A stretch of 64,000 nt of DNA from Candidatus Limnocylindria bacterium (GTDB lineage: Bacteria; Chloroflexota; Limnocylindria; QHBO01): contig DASVEQ010000072.1 in the NCBI GenBank assembly GCA_036380455.1, forward strand, positions 1,545-65,544, in the 5' to 3' direction. The first letter of the stretch is position 1; the number at the start of each line of letters is the position of its first letter. The translations under genes and the position numbers were made by a program. The notes below the pieces were generated by a model, which saw only the letters and a program-made list of their open reading frames with translations, ran no database searches and was not told the DNA's origin. Below, piece by piece: positions 41,798 through 51,373 of this stretch.

Positions 41798-43045
41798 ATG
41801 CTTGTCAGCATGGAGCGCCCCGAGTCGCCCAGCCAGCACCTCACCTTCCTGTTCGCCGACGTCGAGGGCAGCACGCGCATCGCGGAGCAGCACGGGCCGG
41901 CGGCCGGCGCCGCGCTCATCCGCTACCACGAGATGGTGGGCGACGCAGCCATGCAGCATGGTGGCCGGATGTTCGAGCGCATTGGGGACGGCGCGTACGC
42001 CTGCTTCCCGACGGCGGCCGATGCGGTCCAGGCGGCGGACGAGCTCCAGGCGGCCATCGCCGACGAGGATTGGGGGCCGATCGGGCGCCTCAGGATCCGG
42101 ATCGCGGTGGTCACCGGCGACGTCGAGCTCGCCGGCGATCGGTATTACGGCCGACCGCTGTTCCGCGCCGCCCGCCTCCAGGCCCTGGCCAATGGCGGCG
42201 AGACGCTGCTGGCCGGCACCACCGTCGACGAGCTCAACGGCGGCCTGCCGGACGGTGCGCTGCTCCGCGACCTCGGCACGCAGCGCCTGCGCGACGTTTC
42301 CGAGCCCGAGCGGGTGTTCGCGCTGGTGCATACTTCGCGCGGGCGCTCGACCGAGCTCCCACCCGACGAATCCGAGCAGAGGCAGGGGATCGAAAGCGTG
42401 AGTGACGAAGAAGGCCCGATTCGCGTGCTGCTGGTGGACGACCACGCCGTCGTCCGCCGCGGGCTGCGGGGGTTCCTGGAGCTGCTGAAGGACTTCGACG
42501 TCGTCGGCGAGGCCGAGAACGGGCGCGAGGGCGTGGCGGCCGCCGATCGTCTCGCCCCCGATGTCATCCTCATGGATCTCCTCATGCCGGAGATGGGCGG
42601 GCTCGAGGCCATCGCCGCCATCAAGCAGGCACATCCGGAGATCGAGATCGTCGCCGTCACCTCGTTCATCGAGGAGGAGAAGGTCACCTCCGCCCTCGAG
42701 GCCGGGGCATCGGGCTACCTGCTGAAGGACGCCGAGGCCGAGGAGGTCGCGCAGGCCATCCGCGCCGCCTACAACGGCGAGGTCCACCTCGACCCGGCCG
42801 TCTCGAGGCTGCTCGCGCAGCGCCTCCGCGCTCGGAAGGATGCCGAGCCGGTCGAGCCGCTCACCACCCGCGAGAAGGAGGTCCTCAGCCAGCTCGCGAA
42901 GGGTGCCTCGAACAAGGAGATCGCGTACGAGCTCGGCATCACCGAGCGCACGGCGCGGACTCACGTGTCGAACATCCTCGGCAAGCTCGGGCTGGCGTCG
43001 CGCACCCAGGCCGCCCTCTACGCGGTGGAGCACAAGCTCGTCTGA
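41798..43045 (+). CDS. response regulator with N-terminal class III nucleotide cyclase-like domain, receiver domain and LuxR-type HTH
   Basis: The cyclase domain (FLFADVEGSTRI...RIGDGAYACF...RIAVVTGDVEL) is followed by a REC domain (VLLVDDH...ILMDLLMP) and a LuxR HTH (LTTREKEVL...NKEIA..L.ITERT...HVSNILGKL). Confidence 0.8.
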   Translation: MLVSMERPESPSQHLTFLFADVEGSTRIAEQHGPAAGAALIRYHEMVGDAAMQHGGRMFERIGDGAYACFPTAADAVQAADELQAAIADEDWGPIGRLRIRIAVVTGDVELAGDRYYGRPLFRAARLQALANGGETLLAGTTVDELNGGLPDGALLRDLGTQRLRDVSEPERVFALVHTSRGRSTELPPDESEQRQGIESVSDEEGPIRVLLVDDHAVVRRGLRGFLELLKDFDVVGEAENGREGVAAADRLAPDVILMDLLMPEMGGLEAIAAIKQAHPEIEIVAVTSFIEEEKVTSALEAGASGYLLKDAEAEEVAQAIRAAYNGEVHLDPAVSRLLAQRLRARKDAEPVEPLTTREKEVLSQLAKGASNKEIAYELGITERTARTHVSNILGKLGLASRTQAALYAVEHKLV

Positions 43046-43310
43046 GGACCCGGCCGGCAACGCGTCGGGCTGGATCGACGGGCATTCGGCGATCGATCGG
43101 CCGATCGTTCACAGGAGCCTCGGCTCGCGTGCGGTTCCCGGCATTGATCGGCGATTGCTGCACTGGAGCGCGGCGGATCGGGCGGTCCGGTGACGCGGCC
43201 GCCGATCTTTCGCCGGCAGAGCGCCTGACGGCGCGCCCACGTGAACGATTCGCCGATCCATCGGTGGAGCGGAGCGCGACGGCTATGGCCGTCGGTCTTG
43301 GGGGGCGCCG

Positions 43311-43339
43311 AAACGGCGGGCCGGATGTCCGGCCCGCCG
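43311..43339 (-). terminator. possible terminator hairpin (CGGCGGGCCGG-acau-CCGGCCCGCCG, followed by UUUCGG)
   Basis: It lies 18 nt downstream of the minus-strand membrane protein stop. The U-tract is weak. Confidence 0.3.
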
Positions 43340-43356
43340 TGGAGGAGTTGGGGTGA

Positions 43357-43779
43357 CTAGGCTGCCGTGGGGCGGAACCGCGCCGGCAGGACGGGGGCGA
43401 CCGCCTCGAGCGCGCTGCGGACGAGGCCCATCGGGCTGCCGTACACGCGGATCACGTCGACAACCAGGAAGGTGATCAGGACGGCTTCGATGCCCTTGGC
43501 GATGAATCCGAGGGTGAAGTAAGGGCCCATCACCAGGTAGCCCGCGATCGTCATGGCGGTGTAGCCGATGAGGGCGACGCGCGGGAACCAGCTGAAGCGC
43601 TGGACGATCGGCATGGGAGCGGCAGCACCGATGACGATCAGTCCGGCCAGGCCGGCGTAGCCGAGGGCGTTCAGCGTGAACAGCAGTCCGCCGAGGCCAA
43701 GGTGGATGTTGGCCGTCGCGAGGGTGAGCCCGACGATGGCGGCGGTGACCACGAAGCCGGCGGGGCGGCTGCGAAGCAT
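43357..43779 (-). CDS. small hypothetical membrane protein (4 TM)
   Basis: The product is 140 aa, and GGAGG lies 15 nt upstream of the trimmed ATG. Confidence 0.5.
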   Translation of the reverse strand: MLRSRPAGFVVTAAIVGLTLATANIHLGLGGLLFTLNALGYAGLAGLIVIGAAAPMPIVQRFSWFPRVALIGYTAMTIAGYLVMGPYFTLGFIAKGIEAVLITFLVVDVIRVYGSPMGLVRSALEAVAPVLPARFRPTAA

Positions 43780-43955
43780 GGACACGGCAGGAAACCTCCA
43801 AGTGTTCGTGATGATTTGGCGGTCGACGCCGCCGGTCGGCATCGGGTGTGTTCGGTGCGAGAAGTCTCCGGTGCCGGACGCGGCCCCGAATCGGGCAGAG
43901 GGGGCAGACGGGTGCGCGACATGCGCGCCGGAGGGCCATCGGCCGGATGACGTAG

Positions 43956-46900
43956 GTGAGCCGGGTCGACCGCCGGGTGGGGTGCGGCGCGCGCGATGGC
44001 GTATGCTCACGGGCGCCGATGACCCGCGCCCCATCCCGCCGCGCGGCCCTGCGCCCGCCGGTGGCAGCCACGAACGCCGAGACCCATGCACTGCTCGCCC
44101 GTGCGGTGGAGGAGGCGGCCCGCCTGCTCAACGCGGATGGCGCCATGGTCTACCTCGTGGACGGCGAGAACCAGATGCGGTTCGCGGTCGACGCCGGGAT
44201 ACGCAATCCCGAGGCCCAGCAGCTCATCCGCGATCTCACGCTGCCGGTCGGTGTGGGCCTGTTCGGCCACAGCGCCGCCACCGGCGAGGTGGTCGTCTCC
44301 GGCGACTATCGGCGCGACAAGCGGTTCGCCCATTCGGCGACCGCGGATCGCATCGTGACGATCGCCAACATGCGGTCGATGGCCGCCGCCCCGCTGATCG
44401 CCGACGGCCAGATCCTGGGCGCGCTTGGCGCCTACTCGTCCCGCATCGACGATTTCGACGAGGCGGAGATCGCCCTGCTCCGTGCGCTCGCAGACCACGC
44501 GGCCGCGGCCATCGCCAACCAGCAGCTCATCGAGCGCCTGGCGCACTCCCAGGACGAGCTGGCGCGTCGCGTCGACGCCCAACGGACGCTCGCCAAGATC
44601 AGCGCGGCCATCGCCGGGATCCGGACGCCGGACGAGGTGCTGCACGAGGTCGTCGAGTCCGCCCGCCGGCTGCTGGGATCGGACGGTGCGCACCTGACGC
44701 TCATGGACGAGGGTGGGACGTACCTGCGGCCGAGCGTGGTCGTCGGCGGCAACGAGGCCTGGACGGAGGACTGGCTGGCGGAGCTCGAGTTCCCGGTGGA
44801 CGGCGGCATCAACGGGCTGGCGGCCGGATCCGGGATCGTCATCTGGACCGAGGACTACCTGGTCGATCCGCGGATCCCGCACGAGCCCTCCGACCAGTCG
44901 GTCGCCGAGCGGCTCGAGCTGCGTGGCATGGCGTCCGCGCCGCTGCGCGGGCCGGAGGGCCAGGTGATCGGCACGCTGGCGGTCTCGTTCGCCGAGGTCC
45001 ATCGGTTCAGCGACGATGAGCTCGAGCTGCTCAGCGGCCTGGCCGACCAGGGCGCGATCGCCATCTCGAACGCCCGGCTGCTCGAGAAGCTGTCGAGCTC
45101 CGAGGGACGCTTCCGGCATCTGGTCACCTCATCGCCGGACCTCGTGTGGGAGACCGATCGGGAGGGTCGGTTCACGTTCCTGTCGCCGCGGCTCGCCGAG
45201 CTCACCGGCTGGGGTCCGGAGGACCTGGTCGGGCAGCCGTGGCCGTCCATCGTCGCCCCTGAGTCGATGCCCGACGCCCAGGCGACCTGGGAAGGGCTGC
45301 GCGCCGATCCTTCCGCGGTCCGCAAGATCCGGTTCCTGCTCCGCCGCCGGGAGCGCGATCCGATCCCGGCCGAGGTGTACGCCATCGGCAGCGAGCGCGA
45401 CGGAGCTTTCGTCGGCGCGCACGGCTCGATCCGGGACCTCACCGAGTCCGAGCTGCTGACCGAGCGGCTGCGGCAGCAGACCGACGAGCTGGCGCATCGC
45501 GTGAACGCGCAGCGCACGCTGGCAGGCATGGCCGCCCAGCTCACGACGCTGCGCGACCCCTCGGAGGTGCTCAAGGAGACGCTGATGGCAGCGGTGCGCC
45601 TGTTGAAGGGCGACGGCGGTCAGATCGGGATGATCACAGCCGACCCAGATGGCACGCTCCGATGGGGCCAGGGCCATTCCCTCGTCCACGACGTGCTGTC
45701 GCCGTTCACGAAGGAGGATCAGACCACGGTTCACGAGGGCGTCTCGGGGCGCTCGGTCCTGGAGCGCCGCGCGAGCTGGACGGACGACTACCTCACCGAT
45801 ACGTCCTTCCGCCACGAGGCCAACGCGGATCGCGTCGGCCGCGACCTGGGAATCCGATCCGTCATCGCGGCCCCACTTCTCGCCGACGATGAGCCGATGG
45901 GCGCCATCGGCGTCTACGCGGAGGTCCCCGGAGCCTTCGACAGCGACGCCGCCGAGCTGCTCGGGCTGCTCGCCGACCAGGCCGCCATCGTGCTCACCAA
46001 CGCGCGCCTGTATGCCGAGGCGGAGATCGCGGCCTCCAAGCTGGCGCACCGTGTCGAGGCGCAGCGCTCCCTCGGCGAGATCGCCGCCGCCATCACCTCG
46101 CTGCGCGACCCCTCGGCCGTCCTGCGACGCACGGTGGCCGAGGCGAAGCGGTTGCTGGGCGCGGAGCACCTCGTCATCCACCAGGTGCGCAGCGGGACGC
46201 GCGAGCTCGCCGACTACCGCGAGGTGTTCAACGCCGGCCCCGACACGCCGCCGGTCGACGATGTGACGGTCAGCATCGGGCAGGGCATCGCGGGTCGGGC
46301 CATCGAGAAAGCCGAGGTCACGTGGACCGGCGACTACCTCGCCGACGATTCGTTCGAGCACACGCCGAAAGCGGACGAGTGGATCGCGCGATTCGGCTAC
46401 CACTCGCAGATCAGCGCACCCCTCATCGGCGAGAGTGGGCCGCTGGGCGCGATCACGGCGTACTCGACGAAGGCCGACGCGTTCGGCGAGGACGACGCCC
46501 AGCTCCTCGGAGCGCTGGCCAGCCAGGCGGCGATCGTGCTCGGCAACGCGCGGCTCTACGAGGAGCTCGAGCGGCGCGTGGAGGCGCAGCGCTCCCTCGG
46601 TGAGATCGCGACCCGCATCACCGCCATCCGGGATCCCGGCGACGTGCTGCAGCGGACCCTCGACGAGGCGGTCCGTCTCCTCGACGCCGACGGCGGACGC
46701 ATCGAGCTGGTGGCCGACACCGGCGGGCTGCACTGGGCGTTCGGGCACTCGGCCATCGACCTGCCCATCGAGCGTGACGAGGAGTCCGACCCGGTGCGAG
46801 CCGACGAGGGCGTGTCGGGGCGTGCGGTCATCGAGCGCCGCGTGATCCGCACGGGCGACTACCTGACCGACTCGGCGTTCACGCATGCGGAGGCGCCCGA

Positions 46901-49715
46901 CCGCTACATCCGTCAGCACGGCATTCGGTCGGTCATGAGCGCGCCGCTCATCGGCGAGGACGGCGCGATCGGCTCGCTGACGGTGCACTCGCAGACTCGC
47001 GACGCCTTCGACGAGGCGAACGAGGAGCTGCTGGAGGTCCTCGCCAGCCACGCCGCCATCGCGGTCACCAACGCGCGGCTCTACGAGCAGCTGCGCGAGC
47101 GGGTCGACGCCCAGCAGGCGCTCGCGGCGATCAGTGCGGAGATCGCCGCGCTCCACGACCCGGCCGCCGTCCTCCAGCGCACCGCCGAGGAGGCGCTGCG
47201 CCTGCTCCGCGCGGACAGCGCCATCATCAACCCGCTCGAGGACAACGACGCCCTCCTGGGCTGGCCCATCGCGTACGCCCCCGTCGAAGGGCCGGCCGAC
47301 GACATCCCGGTCCGCATCGGCGAGGGGATCAGCGGCCGCGCCATGTCGGAGCGGCGGGTCGTGCGCACCGGCGACTACCTGCTGGACCCGGCCATCGACC
47401 ACACCGAGGAGCTGGACGCCTACATCCGCCGCCGCGGCATGCGTTCGGTCATGACGGCTCCCCTCATCAGCAGCGCCGGGGGCCTCGGTGCGCTGACCGT
47501 CCAGGCTGAGCGCGCCTATGCCTTCGACGAGGCTGATGCCGAGCTGCTCCGCGTGCTGGCCGACCAGGCCGCCATCGCGATCACGAACGCCCGCCTGTAC
47601 GACGAGCTCGGCGAGGAGTCGGCGGCGCTCGCCCGTCAGACCGATTCGCAGCAGCGCCTGCTCCAGATCAACGAGCGCCTGCTGCGCACGCTCGACCCGC
47701 AATCGGTGCTCGAGCTCATCGCGGACGGGCTGAAGAGCGTGGTCTGGTACGACAACTTCAGCATCTACCGCGCCGACGACGAGATGCGGGTCCTCAACCC
47801 GGTCCTGGCGCGCGACCGCAACGCGCGGGCGGTGCTCGAGTTCCCGATCCCGCGCGGCAGCGGTCTCACCTGGTGGAGCGTCGAGCACCGAGAGCCGGTG
47901 CTGCTCAACGACGCGCTCCACGACGACCGGGTGATCCACATCCCCGGCACCGTCGAGGAGGAGGAGGCGATGATCATCGTGCCGCTCATCAGCGGCGACG
48001 AGGTCATCGGGGCCATGAACATCGCGCGCACCGGCGGCGCGGAAGTGGCCTTCACCGACGCCGACTTCGAGCTCGTCCAGCTGTTCGGCGGGCAGGCGGC
48101 GGTGGCGATCACGAACGCCCGCCTGGTCGAGCAGCTTCGCGCCCGGGTCGACGCGCAGCGCAGCCTGGCGGAGATCGCGGCGCAGATCGCCTCGCTCCAC
48201 GAGCCGCAAACCGTACTCGACCGCGCCGTCGCCGATGCGGCCCGCCTCCTGGGGGCCGATCGAGCCCAGATCAACCTGATGGGCGAGAGCGGCACGCACC
48301 TCGACCCGCCGATCACCGCCGCGCCGATTCCGCCGTCCGACGACGACGTCATGGTGCCGATCGGCTCCGGCATCGCGGGCACCGCCGCCGCCGAGCGGCG
48401 GGTCTGCTGGACCGGCGATTACCTGGCCGACCAGGCCTTCCCGCACGACGAGGGCGACGCCTGGATCGACGTCCAGCAGATTCACTCGATGATGTCGGCG
48501 CCGCTCCTCGGGCCGGATCGGCTGATCGGGACGATCACCGTGCAGTCGACCGAGACGAGCAAGTTCGACGAGCAGGATGCCGAGCTCCTGAAGCTCCTCG
48601 CCGACCAGGCCGCGATCGCACTGACCAATGCCCGCCTGTACGCCGAGGTGGAGGAGTCCGGGCGACGCTACCGCCACCTCGTGGACAACTCGCCGGACAT
48701 CGTGTGGGAGGTCGACGCCGACGGCCGCTTCACCTTCTTCAGCGACTCCCTTGAGTCGCGCACCGGATGGAAGGCCGAGCAGCTCATCGGCGAGCGATTC
48801 ACGGTGCTGGCGGCAGCGACATCCATGGCCGAGGCGACCGAGGCCTGGCGCCTCCTGCGAAGCGAGCCGGACCGGGAGCAGCGTGTGCGGCTGGACCTGC
48901 CGCTGCCGGACGGCCGGATCGCGAAGACCGAGGTGGCGATGACCGGCACGATCGTCGACGGCCGGTTCGCCGGCGCCCATGGATCGGTTCGGGACATCAG
49001 CGAGCGGGAGCGGCTCGAGGGGGATCTGCGTGACCAGGCCGCCGAGCTGGCCGCGAGCCAGGAACGGGCCCACCTGGCGCGGGAGCTCCACGACTCGGTG
49101 ACGCAGGCGCTGTTCAGCATGGGGCTCACCCTGCGCACGCTCGAGATCCTGCTCGGGAGCGACGTCGAGGCGGCCTCCGAGAAGCTCGTCGAGCTGCGCG
49201 AGCTCCAGAAGGACGCGCTGGCCGAGATGCGCACGCTGATCTTCGAGCTCCGGCCCTCGTCGCTCGAATCGGATGGACTGGTCCAGGCCCTGCGCACGCA
49301 CGCCACCGCCGTGCAGCGCCGCACCGGCCTGGCGATGGTCGTCGATGCCGAGCCGATCGACCGGCTGGCGCTGGCGGCCGAGGAGGCGCTCTACCGCATT
49401 GGCCAGGAAGCCCTCCACAACGTCGTGAAGCACGCCAACGCCTCGAACGCGACCATCCGGATCTGGCGCGAGGGAGGCCACGTCCGTCTATCGGTCACCG
49501 ACGACGGCGACGGCTTCGACCCGAACGCCGTGCCGCGCGGCCATCTCGGGCTGATCGGGATGCGGCAGCGCGTGGACCTCGTCGGCGGCGAGTTGCGGGT
49601 CGAGAGCCGTGCCGGCAAGGGCACCACGATCTCGGCCGGCGTGCCTGCCGACGATCCGGCGGACGAAGGCGAAGGGGGCGAGCCGGCGCCGACGGGCTCC
49701 GACTCGGCCGAATGA
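43956..49715 (+). CDS. giant cytoplasmic sensor histidine kinase with about 8 tandem GAF domains, 2 PAS domains, HisKA_3 and HATPase_c
   Basis: The 1919-aa product has a recurring about 170-aa GAF unit. Each unit is introduced by a conserved linker (L..RV.AQR.L..I...I..L.DP..VL......A.RLL). PAS domains lie near residues 390-500 and 1560-1680. The C-terminus has an H-box (LARELHDSVTQALF) and N/G boxes (VKHANASNA...GLIGMRQRV). The first start is GTG, and an alternative ATG is at 44019. Confidence 0.85.
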   Translation: MSRVDRRVGCGARDGVCSRAPMTRAPSRRAALRPPVAATNAETHALLARAVEEAARLLNADGAMVYLVDGENQMRFAVDAGIRNPEAQQLIRDLTLPVGVGLFGHSAATGEVVVSGDYRRDKRFAHSATADRIVTIANMRSMAAAPLIADGQILGALGAYSSRIDDFDEAEIALLRALADHAAAAIANQQLIERLAHSQDELARRVDAQRTLAKISAAIAGIRTPDEVLHEVVESARRLLGSDGAHLTLMDEGGTYLRPSVVVGGNEAWTEDWLAELEFPVDGGINGLAAGSGIVIWTEDYLVDPRIPHEPSDQSVAERLELRGMASAPLRGPEGQVIGTLAVSFAEVHRFSDDELELLSGLADQGAIAISNARLLEKLSSSEGRFRHLVTSSPDLVWETDREGRFTFLSPRLAELTGWGPEDLVGQPWPSIVAPESMPDAQATWEGLRADPSAVRKIRFLLRRRERDPIPAEVYAIGSERDGAFVGAHGSIRDLTESELLTERLRQQTDELAHRVNAQRTLAGMAAQLTTLRDPSEVLKETLMAAVRLLKGDGGQIGMITADPDGTLRWGQGHSLVHDVLSPFTKEDQTTVHEGVSGRSVLERRASWTDDYLTDTSFRHEANADRVGRDLGIRSVIAAPLLADDEPMGAIGVYAEVPGAFDSDAAELLGLLADQAAIVLTNARLYAEAEIAASKLAHRVEAQRSLGEIAAAITSLRDPSAVLRRTVAEAKRLLGAEHLVIHQVRSGTRELADYREVFNAGPDTPPVDDVTVSIGQGIAGRAIEKAEVTWTGDYLADDSFEHTPKADEWIARFGYHSQISAPLIGESGPLGAITAYSTKADAFGEDDAQLLGALASQAAIVLGNARLYEELERRVEAQRSLGEIATRITAIRDPGDVLQRTLDEAVRLLDADGGRIELVADTGGLHWAFGHSAIDLPIERDEESDPVRADEGVSGRAVIERRVIRTGDYLTDSAFTHAEAPDRYIRQHGIRSVMSAPLIGEDGAIGSLTVHSQTRDAFDEANEELLEVLASHAAIAVTNARLYEQLRERVDAQQALAAISAEIAALHDPAAVLQRTAEEALRLLRADSAIINPLEDNDALLGWPIAYAPVEGPADDIPVRIGEGISGRAMSERRVVRTGDYLLDPAIDHTEELDAYIRRRGMRSVMTAPLISSAGGLGALTVQAERAYAFDEADAELLRVLADQAAIAITNARLYDELGEESAALARQTDSQQRLLQINERLLRTLDPQSVLELIADGLKSVVWYDNFSIYRADDEMRVLNPVLARDRNARAVLEFPIPRGSGLTWWSVEHREPVLLNDALHDDRVIHIPGTVEEEEAMIIVPLISGDEVIGAMNIARTGGAEVAFTDADFELVQLFGGQAAVAITNARLVEQLRARVDAQRSLAEIAAQIASLHEPQTVLDRAVADAARLLGADRAQINLMGESGTHLDPPITAAPIPPSDDDVMVPIGSGIAGTAAAERRVCWTGDYLADQAFPHDEGDAWIDVQQIHSMMSAPLLGPDRLIGTITVQSTETSKFDEQDAELLKLLADQAAIALTNARLYAEVEESGRRYRHLVDNSPDIVWEVDADGRFTFFSDSLESRTGWKAEQLIGERFTVLAAATSMAEATEAWRLLRSEPDREQRVRLDLPLPDGRIAKTEVAMTGTIVDGRFAGAHGSVRDISERERLEGDLRDQAAELAASQERAHLARELHDSVTQALFSMGLTLRTLEILLGSDVEAASEKLVELRELQKDALAEMRTLIFELRPSSLESDGLVQALRTHATAVQRRTGLAMVVDAEPIDRLALAAEEALYRIGQEALHNVVKHANASNATIRIWREGGHVRLSVTDDGDGFDPNAVPRGHLGLIGMRQRVDLVGGELRVESRAGKGTTISAGVPADDPADEGEGGEPAPTGSDSAE

Positions 49716-49778
49716 CGTAGGCGCCCATCATTCATTCGGCCCCTCGTCGTGGGGCACCCCGGCGCGTAGGCTGGTCCC

Positions 49779-50177
49779 ATGTCACTGACGCCCCGTCCCG
49801 TGCCCCCCGACGCTCCCCGGGTGGTGATCGTCGACGCCGATCGGCGGGTGCAGCAGAGCTTGTCGGACCTGCTCGGGCTCACGGGGCAGGTGTCCGTGGT
49901 CGGGCACGCAGGAGACGTCCGCGCGGCGCTCGAGGAGGTGGAGCGCGTCCATCCCGATGTCGTGCTCGTCGACCCGCGCCTGCCGGATGTCGAGGCGGGG
50001 GTCGCGCTCATCGCCGGCATGTCGCGGGCCTGGCCGTCGCTGCGGATCGTGCTCACCGGCTGGAGCGACACCGAGGGGCACGCGCAACTCGACGCGCCGC
50101 CGATGTGCTACGTGAGCAAGGGCGGCTCGCCCGAAGAGTTCGTGACGGCCATCGTCGACGCCTGCTCCCCGGGCTAG
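49779..50177 (+). CDS. stand-alone receiver-like domain protein (atypical REC)
   Basis: The product is 132 aa. It has a REC-like topology (VVIVDAD...VVLVDPRLPD...VLTGW...YVSKG), but the first acidic pair is DAD. Confidence 0.5.
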   Translation: MSLTPRPVPPDAPRVVIVDADRRVQQSLSDLLGLTGQVSVVGHAGDVRAALEEVERVHPDVVLVDPRLPDVEAGVALIAGMSRAWPSLRIVLTGWSDTEGHAQLDAPPMCYVSKGGSPEEFVTAIVDACSPG

Positions 50178-51370
50178 AGCTCCATCGCCTCCCGGATCGA
50201 GCCAAGGTCGGGGGGAATCGGCGTCATCGATCCCTCCTCGGCCTGGACCGCATCCGGATCCTTGAGGCCGTGGCCGGTCAGGACGCACACGACCGTCTGG
50301 CCGCCGCCGATCCGCCCCTCTGACGCCAGCCGGCGGACGCCGGCCACGCCGGCCGCCGAGGCCGGCTCGCAGAAGACGCCCTCGAGGCTCACGATCATCC
50401 GCTGCGCGTCGAGAATCTCGTCGTCGCTGACGCTCTCGATGAGCCCGCCTGACTCGTCCCGCGCCCCCAGCGCGCCCTCCCACGATGCCGGGTTGCCGAT
50501 GCGGATGGCGGTCGCCACCGTCTCGGGTGCCTCCACGGGCTTCCCCAGCACGATCGGCGCGGAGCCCTCCGCCTGGAAGCCGAGCATGCGCGGGAGGCCG
50601 CCGCCAGGGGTCCGGCCGGCTTCGACGTAGCGGCGGAAGCCACGCCAGTAGGCGGTGATGTTGCCGGCGTTGCCTACCGGCAGCGCGAGCGCCTCGGGGG
50701 CGCGACCGAGTGCGTCGACGATCTCCCAGGCCGCCGTCTGCTGCCCCTCGAGGCGATCCGGGTTGATCGAGTTCACCACCACCGCCAGGCCCTCCTCCCC
50801 GAGCCGCCGGACGGCGGCCAGCGCCGCGTCGAAGTTGCCGTCAACCATCACCAGGCGCGCGCCGGCGGCCAGCGCCTGCGCGAGCTTGCCCCGCGCGACC
50901 TTGCCCGCCGGGAGGATGACGTGGCACGGCAGGCCGGCGGCGGCGGCATAAGCGGCGGCCGACGCCGATGTGTTGCCTGTCGAGGCGCACACCACCGCCC
51001 GAGCGCCGGCGTTCAGTGCGCGGTTCACCGCCAGCACCATCCCTCGGTCCTTGAAGCTGCCGGTCGGGTTCGTTCCCTCGAACTTCAGGTGGAGCTGCTC
51101 GATCCCCAGCTCGGCCCCGAGCCGACGCGCGTGGATGAGCGGCGTGCCCCCCTCGCCGAGGCTGAGCGGAAGTGTCTCCTCGTCGCGGGCGACGAGGTCG
51201 CGGTAGCGCTCGAGGAGCGGGCGATCGGCGTCGGTCACGCCGGGGAGTATAGGGAGGGCCCGATCCACCTCATCGACAGCCCTGACTTCCGCGAGCCAGG
51301 CCGGCATCTCGGACCCTTCGCGACGGCGGGCATTCGCGACCGCTTGCGCGCGGGCGGGACTATCGGCCAA
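50174..51370 (-). CDS. thrC: threonine synthase
   Basis: The PLP-lysine motif GTNPTGSFKDRGM and a Gly-rich loop are present. It lies 3 nt downstream of kgd. Confidence 0.85.
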   Translation of the reverse strand: MADSPARAQAVANARRREGSEMPAWLAEVRAVDEVDRALPILPGVTDADRPLLERYRDLVARDEETLPLSLGEGGTPLIHARRLGAELGIEQLHLKFEGTNPTGSFKDRGMVLAVNRALNAGARAVVCASTGNTSASAAAYAAAAGLPCHVILPAGKVARGKLAQALAAGARLVMVDGNFDAALAAVRRLGEEGLAVVVNSINPDRLEGQQTAAWEIVDALGRAPEALALPVGNAGNITAYWRGFRRYVEAGRTPGGGLPRMLGFQAEGSAPIVLGKPVEAPETVATAIRIGNPASWEGALGARDESGGLIESVSDDEILDAQRMIVSLEGVFCEPASAAGVAGVRRLASEGRIGGGQTVVCVLTGHGLKDPDAVQAEEGSMTPIPPDLGSIREAMEL

Positions 51371-51373
51371 TGC

